NCBI GenBank assembly: GCA_037440005.1 | Contig: JBBIUY010000008.1 | Span: 23,615 to 87,614 of the forward strand | DNA length: 64,000 nt | From: Armatimonadota bacterium | GTDB taxonomy: Bacteria > Sysuimicrobiota > Sysuimicrobiia > Sysuimicrobiales > Kaftiobacteriaceae | Direction: 5' to 3' | Part shown: positions 24,852 to 35,228 of the stretch, piece after piece | Numbering within the stretch: the first letter of the stretch is position 1 | Layout of the letters: each line of letters opens with the position of its first letter | Program-made: the position numbers and the translations under genes | Notes under the pieces: model-generated | What the model was told of the DNA's origin: nothing | What the model saw: the letters and a program-made list of their open reading frames with translations, nothing else | Databases searched by the model: none

Positions 24852-25832
24852 TCAGATGTACACCGTCCGTCCGGTGCGGGCGGCGGTGGCGAGGGCGTCC
24901 AGCACCCGCAGGTTCGCCACCGCGTCCTCCGGCGGATAGCGCGGGGGTTGTCCGTCCAGCAGGCAGCGCCCCATGTGGTCGAGCATCCGGGTGTACTGGT
25001 TGGTCCCCTCCACCACCAGCCGCTCCTCCCGGTCCCCGCGGCGCACGATCAGGACCGCCGGATCCTCCTCCGGCTGGAACGGCCGGGGCACGGTGATGGT
25101 GCCCTCGGTGCCCACCACCTCCGCCATCTGCCGGTACGGCGCCCGCAGGCCGCAGTCCACCAGCGCGGCGGCGCCGTCCCAGCCCAGGCCCGCCGCCAGC
25201 CTCACGTCCACGCCCCCCTCGTAGACCGCCGCGGCCCACGCCGCCCGGGGCTCCCCCAGCAGCAGGCGGCTGAGGTTGACCCCGTAGCAGCCTACGTCCA
25301 GCAGCCCGCCGCCGCCCAGGGCGGGGTTGAGGCGGATGTCGTCGGGGCGAGCCACGGTGAACGTGAACGCCGCCCGCACCAGCCAGGGCGTCCCCACGGC
25401 GCCGTCCCGGACCAGGCGCTGCAGGGTCTCGATCTGCGGGTGGAAGCGGTACATGAACGCCTCCTGCAGCACCACCCCGGACCGCCGGCACGCCTCCACC
25501 ATCTCCTCCGCCTCCCGGCTGCTGACCGCCAGGGGCTTCTCGCACAGCACGTGCTTGCCGGCCCGCGCCGCCCGGACCGTCCACTCCCGGTGCAGGCTGT
25601 TGGGCAGGGGATTGTAGACGGCGTCCACCTCGGGGTCGGCCAGCAGCTCGTCGTAGCTGCCGTAAGCCCGGGGGATGCCGAACTGGTCCGCCACCGCCCG
25701 CGCCCGAGCCGGCTCGCGGCTGGCCACGGCCGCGGCGACGCCGGTGTCGCTGCGCAGGAGCGCGGGCAGGACCCGCCGCACCGCGATGCGGGCGGCGCCG
25801 AGGATGCCCCACCGGACCCGCCGCCCGCTCAC
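24852..25832 (-). CDS. Gfo/Idh/MocA oxidoreductase
   Basis: RWGILGAARIA, GKHVLCEKP, EAFMYRFHPQ, GGGGLLDVGCY. Confidence 0.92.
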   Translation of the reverse strand: MSGRRVRWGILGAARIAVRRVLPALLRSDTGVAAAVASREPARARAVADQFGIPRAYGSYDELLADPEVDAVYNPLPNSLHREWTVRAARAGKHVLCEKPLAVSSREAEEMVEACRRSGVVLQEAFMYRFHPQIETLQRLVRDGAVGTPWLVRAAFTFTVARPDDIRLNPALGGGGLLDVGCYGVNLSRLLLGEPRAAWAAAVYEGGVDVRLAAGLGWDGAAALVDCGLRAPYRQMAEVVGTEGTITVPRPFQPEEDPAVLIVRRGDREERLVVEGTNQYTRMLDHMGRCLLDGQPPRYPPEDAVANLRVLDALATAARTGRTVYI

Positions 25833-26467
25833 CGCACCCGCTCCCCTGCCTGGCGCAGCCACGCCGCCAGCGCCTGGGCCAGCGCCACCAGGGCCCCCGC
25901 GCCCAGAGCGGCCACGGCCACCACGCCGGCGGTGAGAGCGAAACCCACCGCCAGCACGGCGGCGTCGCGGTTGAGCAGTCCCACCCCCAGCACCAGGACC
26001 GTGAGGGCGGGGACGGTGTTGAGAAACGGCAGAGGCGACAGCAGGACCACGCCCAGCAGCAGCACCGCCACCGCCACCACCCGGGTCACGATCCGCTGGT
26101 CCAGGCCGGCCAGCCGGGGCCGCGAGTAGCGCTCCACCCGCTGCAGCAGGGGCAGGCCGCGGTCCCGCAGGACCCGTACCGCCCTCCCGCTGAGCCGGTA
26201 GCGGCGCACCCGGGCCGGCAGCCAGGGCCGGGGCAGGCCCGCCAGCATCTGGGCGGCCAGGAGGATGTACAGCAGCCCGACGGTGGCCGCCGATCCCGGC
26301 GGCAGCACGGGGATCATGGTGGGCAGCGCCAGCGCCACCATGATCAGGCCGAACCCGCGCTCGGCGACCCGGTCGGCCAGTTCGCCCACGGTCAGGTCGC
26401 GGTCGCCCAGGACGTCGGCCAGTACGGCGGACAGCGGGGCGGACTCCGGTGTGAGCGGGGAGGTCAT
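25829..26467 (-). CDS. exoD: ExoD-family membrane protein
   Basis: RGFGLIMVALALP, PWLP, PLPFLNTVPA. Confidence 0.85.
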   Translation of the reverse strand: MTSPLTPESAPLSAVLADVLGDRDLTVGELADRVAERGFGLIMVALALPTMIPVLPPGSAATVGLLYILLAAQMLAGLPRPWLPARVRRYRLSGRAVRVLRDRGLPLLQRVERYSRPRLAGLDQRIVTRVVAVAVLLLGVVLLSPLPFLNTVPALTVLVLGVGLLNRDAAVLAVGFALTAGVVAVAALGAGALVALAQALAAWLRQAGERVR

Positions 26468-26578
26468 CTCGGACACGGCGCCCACCACCAGAGTTTCACC
26501 GCCGCCGGCGGCCTCCCTGTCGGGCAGGAATGCCGCCGGGGCGGGGGGAACTCGTCCTCACCTGCGCGGGGGCGGACG

Positions 26579-26962
26579 ATGAGGCTGTGGGCGGCGGGGG
26601 TGATCCTGGCGGCGGTCCTGTCCGGGGCGGCCGCAGCACCGGCGGCGCAGGTGGCGCGCAACCTCGCCGAGAACGTCCTGGGGCCGGGGACCGTGCGGTG
26701 GGTGAGCGTCTCCTCCGACGGCCAGCGCATCGACATCGCGTGGGAGGCGGTGCTGTACCACCCGGCCCACAGCGCGGAGCGCAATCGGGAGCAGATGCGG
26801 GGCGAAGCCGAACTGGCCACCGGCGCCATCATGGGCGTGCTGTGGCCCGAGGTGATCTCCTACGCCATGCTGCGGGACAGCCGGACCCTGGCCCGGGGCC
26901 GGCGCACCCGGCAGGGGGAGTTCCACATCACCTTCGCCCCCGAGCTGGGCGGACAGCCGTGA
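26579..26962 (+). CDS. Secreted hypothetical protein
   Basis: Signal peptide MRLWAAGVILAAVLSGAAA; overlaps the next start (GTGA). Confidence 0.7.
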   Translation: MRLWAAGVILAAVLSGAAAAPAAQVARNLAENVLGPGTVRWVSVSSDGQRIDIAWEAVLYHPAHSAERNREQMRGEAELATGAIMGVLWPEVISYAMLRDSRTLARGRRTRQGEFHITFAPELGGQP

Positions 26963-27390
26963 CGCCGGTGCCGTTCACCTCCTCCGACCGGCAGGTCCTG
27001 GCCGACATCGTCCACCACGTCTGGCGGGCGTGCCAGGTGTACGTCACCGTGGCGGTGGAACGGGGGCCGGCGGCGGCCCGACCGGCCCTGGAGGAGCTGG
27101 CCCAGTGGGCGGCGGCCCGGCGCCGGGAGCTGGCGTCCCCCTCGCGTCCTGCGGCCCTCAGCCCTCCCGCCTTGCGGGCGGGGCGGGAACTGCTGGACGA
27201 CGTGGAGGCCGTCAGCCGTCAGGTGCTGGCCATGGTGGCGGCTCTGGACGGATCGTCGGCGGCGCCGGAGGAGGTGGAGGAGCGGATGCTGGGCATCGTG
27301 GAGGGCGTCCTGCGGTGGACCGGGCTGATGGCCTCCCAGCTGGGGTTCGCGCACCGCCTGCGTCCCCGCACGCTGTGGCAGGACCGGTGA
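26959..27390 (+). CDS. Hypothetical helical protein
   Basis: 3' part of ORF 26530..27390, translationally coupled start. Confidence 0.65.
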   Translation: MTPVPFTSSDRQVLADIVHHVWRACQVYVTVAVERGPAAARPALEELAQWAAARRRELASPSRPAALSPPALRAGRELLDDVEAVSRQVLAMVAALDGSSAAPEEVEERMLGIVEGVLRWTGLMASQLGFAHRLRPRTLWQDR

Positions 27391-27406
27391 TCGGAGGGAG
27401 GAGCCC

Positions 27407-27898
27407 GTGTCCGCCTACGACGACGCCTACCGCGAGATCCTGACCCTGGCCCGCCGTCCCGACGCCGCCCAGGCCATCGTGGACTACCTGCAGACCCGCT
27501 TGCCGACCTACTCGTGGGTGGGGCTGTACTGGGTGGAGGGCTCCGACCTGGTCCTGGGCGAGTGGCGGGGGCCCGAGCCCACCGAGCACACCCGCATCCC
27601 CATCGGCACCGGCATCTGCGGCGCCGCCGCCGCCTCGGGCAGGGTGGAGATAGTCCCCGACGTCAGCCGGGACCCCCGCTACCTGGCCTGCTTTCCCTCC
27701 ACCCGCTCGGAGATCGTCGTTCCCATCAGCGACGGCGGCCGGGTCGTGGGCGAGATCGACATCGACAGCACGGCGGTGGACGCCTTCGGGCCGGAGGACC
27801 AGCGGTTCCTGGAGCGGGTGGCCGCGGTCCTGGCGGAGGTCCGCCGGCGGCAGGCGGCCGCCCGGTCCGGCTCGGGTTCGGGCGCATCCGACCCGTAG
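27407..27898 (+). CDS. GAF-domain protein (free methionine-R-sulfoxide reductase-like)
   Basis: WVGLY, RIPIGTGICGAAA, VPDV...YLAC...RSEIVVP, GEIDIDS. Confidence 0.85.
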   Translation: MSAYDDAYREILTLARRPDAAQAIVDYLQTRLPTYSWVGLYWVEGSDLVLGEWRGPEPTEHTRIPIGTGICGAAAASGRVEIVPDVSRDPRYLACFPSTRSEIVVPISDGGRVVGEIDIDSTAVDAFGPEDQRFLERVAAVLAEVRRRQAAARSGSGSGASDP

Positions 27899-27916
27899 GC
27901 CGCCCGGTCCGTCCCC

Positions 27917-28627
27917 ATGGGGATGCTGGACGACGTGGTCGCCGTCATCACCGGCGCCGCCGGGGCCCTGGGACGGGAGACGGTGCGGGTCTTCTTGTCC
28001 GAGGGGGCGCAAGTGGTGGCCGCCGACATTGCCGACGCCGCAGCCGTGCTGGACCTGCCCGTCCCGCTGCAGGACCGCTGCGCCGTCGTCCAATCCGACG
28101 TCACCACCGAGTCGGGGGCGCAGGCGGTGGCGGATGCCGCGGTGACCCGCTTCGGGCGTGTGGACGCCCTGCTCGCCCTCGTGGGCGGGTGGGAGGGAGG
28201 CCGCGGGGTCCACGAGACATCCCCGGACGAGTGGACCCGCATGCTCACCCTCAACCTCACCACGGCGGTCCTGTGCTGCCGGGCCGTCCTGCCGCACATG
28301 TTGGAGCGCCGCAGCGGACGGATCGTGACCGTGGGATCCCGGACGGCGGTTCACCCCGCTCCCCGGCAGGCGGCCTACAACGCCGCCAAGGCGGCCGTGG
28401 TCGCCTTCACCCGGACGCTGGCCGAGGAGGTCAAAGACTGGGGGATCGCCGTCACCTGCGTGCTGCCCAGCATCCTGGACACCGAGGCCAACCGCCGGGC
28501 GTTCCCCCGGGCCGACTACAGCCGGTGGGTGAAGCCGGCGGACCTGGCCCGGATCCTGGCGTTTTTAGCCTCCCCGGCCGCCGGGCCCCTGACGGGCGCC
28601 GTCATCCCGGTCTACGGGCGCGCGTGA
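27917..28627 (+). CDS. Short-chain dehydrogenase/reductase
   Basis: ITGAAGALG; YNAAK catalytic motif. Confidence 0.92.
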   Translation: MGMLDDVVAVITGAAGALGRETVRVFLSEGAQVVAADIADAAAVLDLPVPLQDRCAVVQSDVTTESGAQAVADAAVTRFGRVDALLALVGGWEGGRGVHETSPDEWTRMLTLNLTTAVLCCRAVLPHMLERRSGRIVTVGSRTAVHPAPRQAAYNAAKAAVVAFTRTLAEEVKDWGIAVTCVLPSILDTEANRRAFPRADYSRWVKPADLARILAFLASPAAGPLTGAVIPVYGRA

Positions 28628-28642
28628 AGGGTCCGCGAGGCC

Positions 28643-29533
28643 TCAGCCGCGGGCGGCCACGACCCGGTTGCGCAGGACCCCGATCCCCTCCACCTCGGCC
28701 TCCATCACGTCCCCGGGCTGGAGCCACCGGGGAGGGGAATATCCCATGCCCACCCCTTCGGGGGTCCCGGTGGTCAGGATGTCTCCGGGCTCGACGGTCA
28801 TGCCCGCCGACAGGACCTCGATCAGCTGCGCCACCGTGAAGATCATCTTGGCCGTGGTGGAGTCCTGGCGGGTCTCGCCGTTGACCCGCATCCGCAGCCG
28901 CAGCCGCTGGGGGTCGGGCAGGGCGGACCGGTGGACGATCCACGGGCCCAGGGGCGCAAACGTGTCCAGGGACTTGCCCTTGAACCACTGCTGGTGACGG
29001 CGCTGCAGGTCCCGGGCCGTCACGTCGTTGAGGATGGTGTAGCCGAAGACGTACTCCAGCGCCCGGGAGGCGGGAATGTTCCGGCCGCGCCGCCCGAAGA
29101 CCACCGCCAGCTCCACCTCGTAGTCCAGCTGCTGGGTCACGGGGTGGTAGATCACGGGCGCGTCGGGGCCCACCACCGCCGTGGGGGGTTTGGTGAAGAA
29201 CACCGGCACGTCGGGCGGCGCCACGCCCCCTTCCCGGGCGTGCTCGGCGTAGTTGCGGCCCATGCACACGATGTTCTTGCGGGGCCGCGGGATAGGGGCC
29301 AGCAGCCGCGTGCGGCGCAGCGGCGCCGCCGGCCGTCCCGCCGCCACCCAGGCGTCCGCGTCGCGGGCCAGGGCCTTGAGGGTCGCTGGGGGGACCTCCG
29401 CGATGACGTCCACCATCTCCCGCGGCGTCCGGACTCCGCGCCGGCGGGCCAGCGCCTCCAGGTCCACGATCCTGTCGCCGACCACGTAGCCCACCCGCGC
29501 CTCGCGCCCTGCCCGGTAGGTTGCCAGCCTCAC
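28643..29533 (-). CDS. Fumarylacetoacetate hydrolase family protein
   Basis: CMGRNYAEH, LDYEVEL, NDVTARD, GKSLDTF, TGTPEGVG. Confidence 0.93.
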   Translation of the reverse strand: MRLATYRAGREARVGYVVGDRIVDLEALARRRGVRTPREMVDVIAEVPPATLKALARDADAWVAAGRPAAPLRRTRLLAPIPRPRKNIVCMGRNYAEHAREGGVAPPDVPVFFTKPPTAVVGPDAPVIYHPVTQQLDYEVELAVVFGRRGRNIPASRALEYVFGYTILNDVTARDLQRRHQQWFKGKSLDTFAPLGPWIVHRSALPDPQRLRLRMRVNGETRQDSTTAKMIFTVAQLIEVLSAGMTVEPGDILTTGTPEGVGMGYSPPRWLQPGDVMEAEVEGIGVLRNRVVAARG

Positions 29534-29654
29534 CTCTGCCCTCCTGGGTACCGGAATCCGGCGGGGACTGCCGCCGCCGTCCGCCCGCGCCGACAGCAGG
29601 GGAGTTTCCACACGCAGCGAAGGCTACCCTCCGGCACACGCCGAGGAGGGTCTT

Positions 29655-30779
29655 ATGGCTGGGGTCCGGGTGTACGTCGGCACCACCGACGGTCTGTACG
29701 TGTTCACCTCCGACGCGCGGCGCCGGACGTGGCGCCGCCAGGGGCCGTACCTGCGGGGCGTCCCCGTCAGCCACTGCGCCTGGGACGCCCGCACGCGCAC
29801 GCTGTACGCCGCCACCCTCGCCGAGGGGGTGTATGCCAGCCGGACCGGGGGCCGGACCTGGACGCCGCTCAACGACGGCCTGTCCATCCGCCGGGTGTGG
29901 ACTGTGGCGGTGAACCCCCGCGACCCCGACGAGCTGTGGGCGGGCACCCACTTCAGCTACCTGTTCTGGAGCACCGACCGCGGGCGCACCTGGCGGGTGC
30001 ACCCCGGCTACTTGGAGGCGCCCGGCAAGGAGGGGCGGTACGGGGACTGGGGGTACGGCACCATCGGCAACTCCCTGCACGGCATCCACCTGGACCCGCG
30101 CGACCCCCGGCGGATGCTGGTGGTCAGCAGCACCAACCACGGCGCGGTGCGGTCCCTGGACGGCGGGCGGACCTGGGAGTACGCGCGCGCCGGCGTGTTT
30201 GAGTCCTGCCCGGCGGCCGGAGCGGCGGACCTGCGGCGGCCGATGAGCGCCGAGGAACGGGCCCGGGCCGCCGCGCAGCACCTGGCCGAGGTCCACGCCT
30301 GCACCCACCGCATCGGCGTCTGCGCCGCCGCGCCCCGGGTCCTGTACCGCCAGCAGCACTGCGGGGTCTACCGCAGCGACGATTTCGGGGCGACCTGGCA
30401 GGACGTCTCCGCCGGGCTGCCCGACCGCCACGGCTTCCCGGTGGCCGTGCATCCCGCCGACCCCGACACCGCGTTCGTGGTGCCGGCGTACCAGGGCAAC
30501 GGGTGCACCCGCCACAACTCCTGCATCCGCGGACCCCTGGACGTGTACCGCACCCGGACCGGCGGCCGCAGCTGGGAGCGCCTGTCCGACGGCCTGCCCC
30601 GCCGGGTGCACTGCGTGGTGCTGCGGCACGCCATGGACGCCGACACCCTGCGCCCGGCCGGCGTGTACGTCGGGACCACCAGCGGAGAGGTCTACGGCAG
30701 CGCCGACGAAGGCGACAGGTGGGTCCTGCTGGGGCGGGGCCTGCCCCGGGTGCAGGGCATCACGGCGGTGGTGGGATAG
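29655..30779 (+). CDS. BNR/Asp-box beta-propeller (sialidase-like/Ycf48-like) protein
   Basis: Repeated SxDxGxTW Asp-boxes; QQHCGVYRSDD. Confidence 0.85.
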   Translation: MAGVRVYVGTTDGLYVFTSDARRRTWRRQGPYLRGVPVSHCAWDARTRTLYAATLAEGVYASRTGGRTWTPLNDGLSIRRVWTVAVNPRDPDELWAGTHFSYLFWSTDRGRTWRVHPGYLEAPGKEGRYGDWGYGTIGNSLHGIHLDPRDPRRMLVVSSTNHGAVRSLDGGRTWEYARAGVFESCPAAGAADLRRPMSAEERARAAAQHLAEVHACTHRIGVCAAAPRVLYRQQHCGVYRSDDFGATWQDVSAGLPDRHGFPVAVHPADPDTAFVVPAYQGNGCTRHNSCIRGPLDVYRTRTGGRSWERLSDGLPRRVHCVVLRHAMDADTLRPAGVYVGTTSGEVYGSADEGDRWVLLGRGLPRVQGITAVVG

Positions 30780-31596
30780 GCGACCCGCCCCCGGCGGCGG
30801 CCTCCGGGGCGGGGGCGTCGACAAGCAGGGAGGGGTCGCGTTCGAGGACCTCCACGGGACCCGTGGGCAGGGAGACCACCCGGATCCGGAAGTCCCTGTA
30901 CAGAGCCGGGGCCAGCGGCCGCGCCACGTCCCGGAAGATGGTCACCGCCACCTCCCGCATCTCCTGGTCCACGTGCAGCTCACCCCGCTTTTCGAAGAAC
31001 TCCCGCCAGGCCCGGTGGTTGCCGGTGATAACGATGTGGGTCTCGGTCATGTTGGGCAGCACGCACCGGGCGGCCTCCCGGGCCCGCTTGCGGCGCAGGG
31101 TCTTGTCCTGAAGGCCCGCGAGCTTGCGGGCGCCGATCTCGGCGAGGGCCTGGTAGGCCTGCTGGACCCGGTCGTACAGGTCGGCCAGGATCGCCAGGGC
31201 CTCGGGGTCGTCCCGGAACAGCGGGGGGACCACCCACGGCGCGTCGTCCTCGCTGACGAACCGCTGGCTGAGCTGGGAGAAGCTGAAGTGGCGGTGGCGG
31301 ACCATCTCGTGGGTGAACGAGCGGGACACGCCCGTCAGCATCACCGTGAAGCCGGCGTGCTCCAGGACCGAGTAGTGCCCCTGGGCCAGCAGGTGGGCCA
31401 GGTAGTCGGCGTTGGTGCGGGTGGCGGGGTTGGGCTTGTGCCAGGACTGGTAGCAGGCCCGCCCGGCGAACTCCACCAAGGCGCTGGCCGGGTCGGCGGC
31501 GTCGGTGGTCCACACCGCCCACGGCGTCCCCTCCCGGTCGTCCAGGACGAACCGGGTCTCGGCGACTTTGACGACGCGCAGCTGCGCGGTCCTCAT
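30760..31596 (-). CDS. thyX: Flavin-dependent thymidylate synthase
   Basis: EFAGRACYQS, GHYSVLEH, THEMVRHRHFSFSQLSQR signature. Confidence 0.95.
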   Translation of the reverse strand: MRTAQLRVVKVAETRFVLDDREGTPWAVWTTDAADPASALVEFAGRACYQSWHKPNPATRTNADYLAHLLAQGHYSVLEHAGFTVMLTGVSRSFTHEMVRHRHFSFSQLSQRFVSEDDAPWVVPPLFRDDPEALAILADLYDRVQQAYQALAEIGARKLAGLQDKTLRRKRAREAARCVLPNMTETHIVITGNHRAWREFFEKRGELHVDQEMREVAVTIFRDVARPLAPALYRDFRIRVVSLPTGPVEVLERDPSLLVDAPAPEAAAGGGSPIPPPP

Positions 31597-31745
31597 GGCC
31601 AACCTCCCGCAGGCAACGACCCCAGGGAGGAGGTGCGGGCGAAGGAGGAGTGGTGTCGGGATACTGCCGTGTGGGGAGCCAGGCGTGGAAGGCGTCCAGG
31701 ATTAGACTCGAAGGCTCCTCCCCCCTGTGGGTCCGGACACCAGTA

Positions 31746-31823
31746 TTCCCCCTCCCCCTCCCGAATTCCTTCTGGCGATATCAACATGTTGTGGATAAGC
31801 TGCGGGTTTGCTCCCATATCCTG
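31746..31823. promoter_or_regulatory. thyX/Nudix divergent control region: SigH-like promoter, tandem NrdR-like boxes, DnaA box
   Basis: AGGA-N18-GAAT on minus strand (31746-31770); CAACATGTTG (31782) and CCATATCCTG (31814) 32 bp apart; TGTGGATAA at 31790-31798. Confidence 0.55.
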
Positions 31824-31903
31824 GGGCGAGCAGGCGTTTGAGGGTTCTGGCAGGCCACGCCGGGGGGAGGGGGATCCGGGCGGCCGGAGGGGGCGCCCCC
31901 GCG

Positions 31904-32524
31904 ATGGCTAAGTTAGCGGACCTGGAACAGCACATCCTCCGGAGGCTACAGGGCCGGAGGCGGCGGGACCTGGCGGTGCCGGGCCTGCGCCGGGCGGCCG
32001 TCCTGCTCGCCCTGCTCTCCCACGGAGGGGAGGTGCGCGTGCTGCTCACCCGGCGGACCGAGCAGGTCGAACACCACAAAGGCCAGATCAGCCTCCCCGG
32101 AGGGGAGGCTGACCCGTCCGACGCCGGGCCCGTGGAGACCGCCCTGAGGGAGACCGAGGAGGAGCTGGGGATCCCCCGCACTGCGGTCCAGGTCCTGGGG
32201 ATCCTCGACGACGTCCTGACGGTGGTCAGCGGCTTTGTCATCACCCCCGTGGTCGGCATCATCCCGCAGCCGGCCGACCTGCGGGTGAACGCCGCCGAGA
32301 TCGCCGAGGTGCTGGCCGTCCCCCTGGCCGTGTTCACCGACCCGCAGGCCCTGCGCGTGGAGAGGCGGGTGCGGGACGGGCAGTGGGTAGACGTGCTGTT
32401 TTACCGCTACGGCCCCCATGAGATCTGGGGGGCGACAGCACGGATCCTCAAGAGTTTCGTGGACGCGGTGTTCGGCGACGATCCCCCCGTCCCCGGGCGG
32501 ATTTTGGGGTCAGACGCTGGATAG
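31904..32524 (+). CDS. Nudix hydrolase, CoA pyrophosphatase type
   Basis: LLTRR..HKGQISLPGG, ALRETEEELG, IWGATA. Confidence 0.92.
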   Translation: MAKLADLEQHILRRLQGRRRRDLAVPGLRRAAVLLALLSHGGEVRVLLTRRTEQVEHHKGQISLPGGEADPSDAGPVETALRETEEELGIPRTAVQVLGILDDVLTVVSGFVITPVVGIIPQPADLRVNAAEIAEVLAVPLAVFTDPQALRVERRVRDGQWVDVLFYRYGPHEIWGATARILKSFVDAVFGDDPPVPGRILGSDAG

Positions 32525-32718
32525 CGTTTCATCCGCCGCACGCCCAAAAGGGCCAGTGTCCGGAAGAAACTAGCCAGAAACTGCGTACGGTACGTCAATT
32601 TCTTTGATTTTCGCTGGCTTTCACTTGGTTGCTCCGTTTTTCACACGCCCGTTCGCCCGTTTCTGGGGGGTGGTCCCCCTGCTATACTGGACCCGGCAGG
32701 ACCCTCGGGAGGCTCCCC

Positions 32719-33048
32719 ATGATGCACTTCGCTCGTCCTTTGTTCACAATTTCCGTCGCAGCCAACCTGGTCGGGGTCTCTCCGCAGACGCTGCGCCGGT
32801 GGGAGCGGGTCGGGCTGCTGTCCCCCCTGCGGGAGGGGCCCCGGCGGCGCCGGCTGTACTCCTGGCGCGACATCGAGCGCGCCCAGGAGATCCGCTACCT
32901 CGTGGTGCGCAGGAGGCTGCCGCTGAAGGCCGTGCGGGCTCACCTGCGCCTGGCCGCCGCCAGGCGCCTGGTCGCGGTGCTGCCGAAGATCGGCTCCCGG
33001 TCGGGCACCCCGCTCGTGCCTCCCATCGCCCTGGCCATCCCCCGCTGA
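32719..33048 (+). CDS. MerR-family HTH regulator (HspR-like)
   Basis: FTISVAANLVGVSPQTLRRWERVGLL...RRLYS; SD GGGAGG; extended -10 TGCTATACT at 32680. Confidence 0.88.
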   Translation: MMHFARPLFTISVAANLVGVSPQTLRRWERVGLLSPLREGPRRRRLYSWRDIERAQEIRYLVVRRRLPLKAVRAHLRLAAARRLVAVLPKIGSRSGTPLVPPIALAIPR

Positions 33049-33141
33049 CGCCGGCCGCCGTCTCTGCGTGGTAGGCTGGGAGGCAGACGCGGGTCCCCGG
33101 CGGGGCCCGCCGGAGGGCCCCGCCGGGCGGGAAGGTGGGCC

Positions 33142-34308
33142 ATGAGCGCACAGCGGCGGATCTACATGGACCATGCGGCCACCACCCCGGTGGACCCCCG
33201 GGTGGTGGACGCGATGCTCGCGTACTTCACCGAGCGGTTCGGCAACGCCAGCAGCGTCCACCAGTTCGGCCAGGAGGCCCGGGAGGCCGTGGACCGGGCG
33301 CGGGAGGCCGTGGCCCGGGCCATCGGGGCTCAGCCCTCGGAGATCGTCTTCACCAGCGGGGCCACCGAAGCCGACAACTTCGCCGTGCTGGGGACGGCGT
33401 GGGCCAACGAGGACCGGGGCCGGCACATCATCACCTCGGCGGTGGAGCACCACGCCGTCCTGGAGCCCTGCCGGTTTTTGGAGTCTCGGGGATTTGAGGT
33501 CACCTACGTGCCCGTGGACCGGTACGGCCGGGTGGACCCCGACGACGTGCGCCGGGCGATCCGCCCCGACACCATCCTGATCTCGGTGATGCACGCCAAC
33601 AACGAGATCGGGACCCTGCAGCCGGTGGCCGAGATCGCGCGCCTGGGCCGGGAGCGGGGCATCCTGGTCCACACCGACGCCACCCAGTCGGTGGGCATCC
33701 TGCCCGTCCGGGTGGACGAGCTGGGCGTGGACCTGCTGTCCCTGTCGGCCCACAAGCGGTACGGCCCCAAGGGAGTGGGCGCCCTGTACATCCGCCGCGG
33801 GGCCCGGGTCGCCCGGATCCAGCACGGGGGAGCCCACGAACGCAACCGGCGGGCGGGGACCGAAAACGTGCCGGGCATCGTGGGGATGGGGGCCGCCCTG
33901 GACCTGGCGGTGCAGGAGATGGAGGAGGAGGCGGCCCGCCTGCGCCGCCTCCGGGACCGGATGATCGCCGGACTGCTGCAGATCGACGGCGCGCGGCTGA
34001 ACGGCCATCCCACCGAACGCCTGCCCGGCAACGTCAACGTCTCCTTCGCCGGCACCGACAGCGAGTCGCTGTTGCTGGCCCTGGACCTGCGGGGGGTGGC
34101 GGCCAGCAGCGGCTCCGCCTGCACCGCCGGCAGCCTGGAGCCCTCCCACGTGTTGTCGGCCATCGGGCTGCCCCCCGAGGTGGCCGCGGGCACGCTGCGC
34201 TTCTCTTTGGGCCGGGGCACCACCGAGCAGGACGTGGACGACGTGCTGGCCCTGATGCCGGAGATCGTCGCCGCCGTCCGCCGCGCCGCGCGCGCCGGCG
34301 TGCGTTGA
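33142..34308 (+). CDS. iscS: Cysteine desulfurase
   Basis: [33 protein letters not shown]. Confidence 0.95.
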   Translation: MSAQRRIYMDHAATTPVDPRVVDAMLAYFTERFGNASSVHQFGQEAREAVDRAREAVARAIGAQPSEIVFTSGATEADNFAVLGTAWANEDRGRHIITSAVEHHAVLEPCRFLESRGFEVTYVPVDRYGRVDPDDVRRAIRPDTILISVMHANNEIGTLQPVAEIARLGRERGILVHTDATQSVGILPVRVDELGVDLLSLSAHKRYGPKGVGALYIRRGARVARIQHGGAHERNRRAGTENVPGIVGMGAALDLAVQEMEEEAARLRRLRDRMIAGLLQIDGARLNGHPTERLPGNVNVSFAGTDSESLLLALDLRGVAASSGSACTAGSLEPSHVLSAIGLPPEVAAGTLRFSLGRGTTEQDVDDVLALMPEIVAAVRRAARAGVR

Positions 34309-34333
34309 CACCGCCCGCGGCCTCTGCGATCAT
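34305..34333 (+). promoter_or_regulatory. Putative nuo operon promoter
   Basis: Perfect TTGACA-17 bp-GATCAT overlapping the iscS stop, 8 nt before the nuoA start. Confidence 0.45.
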
Positions 34334-34341
34334 CGGGAGTA

Positions 34342-34695
34342 GTGGCGGACTACCTTCCCATCGTCGTGCACATCGCCCTGGTGGTGCTGGTGGTGACGGG
34401 CCTGGTGGCCCTCCACCACCGGCTGGGCCGTCCCCGGCCGCTGCCGGGCAAGCTGGAGCCCTACGAATCCGGCGTGTGGCCGGTGGGGACCGCCCGGGAG
34501 CGGGTGCCGGTCCGCTACTACCTCATCGCCATGCTGTTCCTGCTGCTGGACGTGGAGGCGGTCTTCCTGTACCCGTGGGCGGTCATCGCCCGGGAACTGC
34601 GGGTGCTGGGCCTGGTGGAGATGCTGACCTTCGTGGGCGTGCTGGGGGCGGGGTTCGTCTACGCCTGGCGCCGGGGGGCGCTGCAGTGGCAGTGA
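34342..34695 (+). CDS. nuoA: NADH-quinone oxidoreductase subunit A
   Basis: [21 protein letters not shown]. Confidence 0.95.
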   Translation: MADYLPIVVHIALVVLVVTGLVALHHRLGRPRPLPGKLEPYESGVWPVGTARERVPVRYYLIAMLFLLLDVEAVFLYPWAVIARELRVLGLVEMLTFVGVLGAGFVYAWRRGALQWQ

Positions 34696-35228
34696 CGGGG
34701 TCGCCCACCGTGGTCTCCCGCGCCCGGTTGCCGGGCGAGGTGACCGAGGCGGACGTGCGGGCCCTGCAGGGCAACGTGCTCACCACCACCGTGGAGCGGC
34801 TGGTGGCCTGGGCCCGGCGCAACTCCATCTGGCCCGCCCAGTTCGGGCTCGCCTGCTGCGCCATCGAGATGATGTCCACCGCGGCGGCGCGGTTTGACAT
34901 CGCCCGCTTCGGCAGCGAGCTGTTCCGGGCATCGCCCCGGCAGGCGGATCTGATGATCGTCTCCGGCCGGGTGAGCCAGAAGATGGCGCCGGTGGTCAAG
35001 CACATCTACGAGCAGATGCTGGAGCCCAAGTGGGTCATCGCCATGGGCGACTGCGCCTCCTGCGGCGGCGTGTTCAACAACTACGCGCTGGTCCAGGGCG
35101 TGGACAAGCTGATCCCCGTGGACGTCTACGTGGCCGGCTGCCCGCCCCGGCCGGAAGCCCTGCTGTACGGGCTGCTCAAGCTCCAGGAGCTCATCGCCCA
35201 CCCGGAGCGCCGGCGGGGACGGCCATGA
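34686..35228 (+). CDS. nuoB: NADH-quinone oxidoreductase subunit B
   Basis: [24 protein letters not shown]. Confidence 0.96.
   Translation: MAVTGSPTVVSRARLPGEVTEADVRALQGNVLTTTVERLVAWARRNSIWPAQFGLACCAIEMMSTAAARFDIARFGSELFRASPRQADLMIVSGRVSQKMAPVVKHIYEQMLEPKWVIAMGDCASCGGVFNNYALVQGVDKLIPVDVYVAGCPPRPEALLYGLLKLQELIAHPERRRGRP

Noticed and set aside
31702..31740. 12-codon uORF (VSGPTGGRSLRV) upstream of thyX on the minus strand
   Set aside because: Its apparent SD lies within the predicted promoter spacer; no informative codon content
32525..32690. ncRNA in the AT-rich region upstream of the MerR-family gene
   Set aside because: Only a short imperfect inverted repeat (AGCCAG/CTGGCT); best explained as promoter/operator DNA
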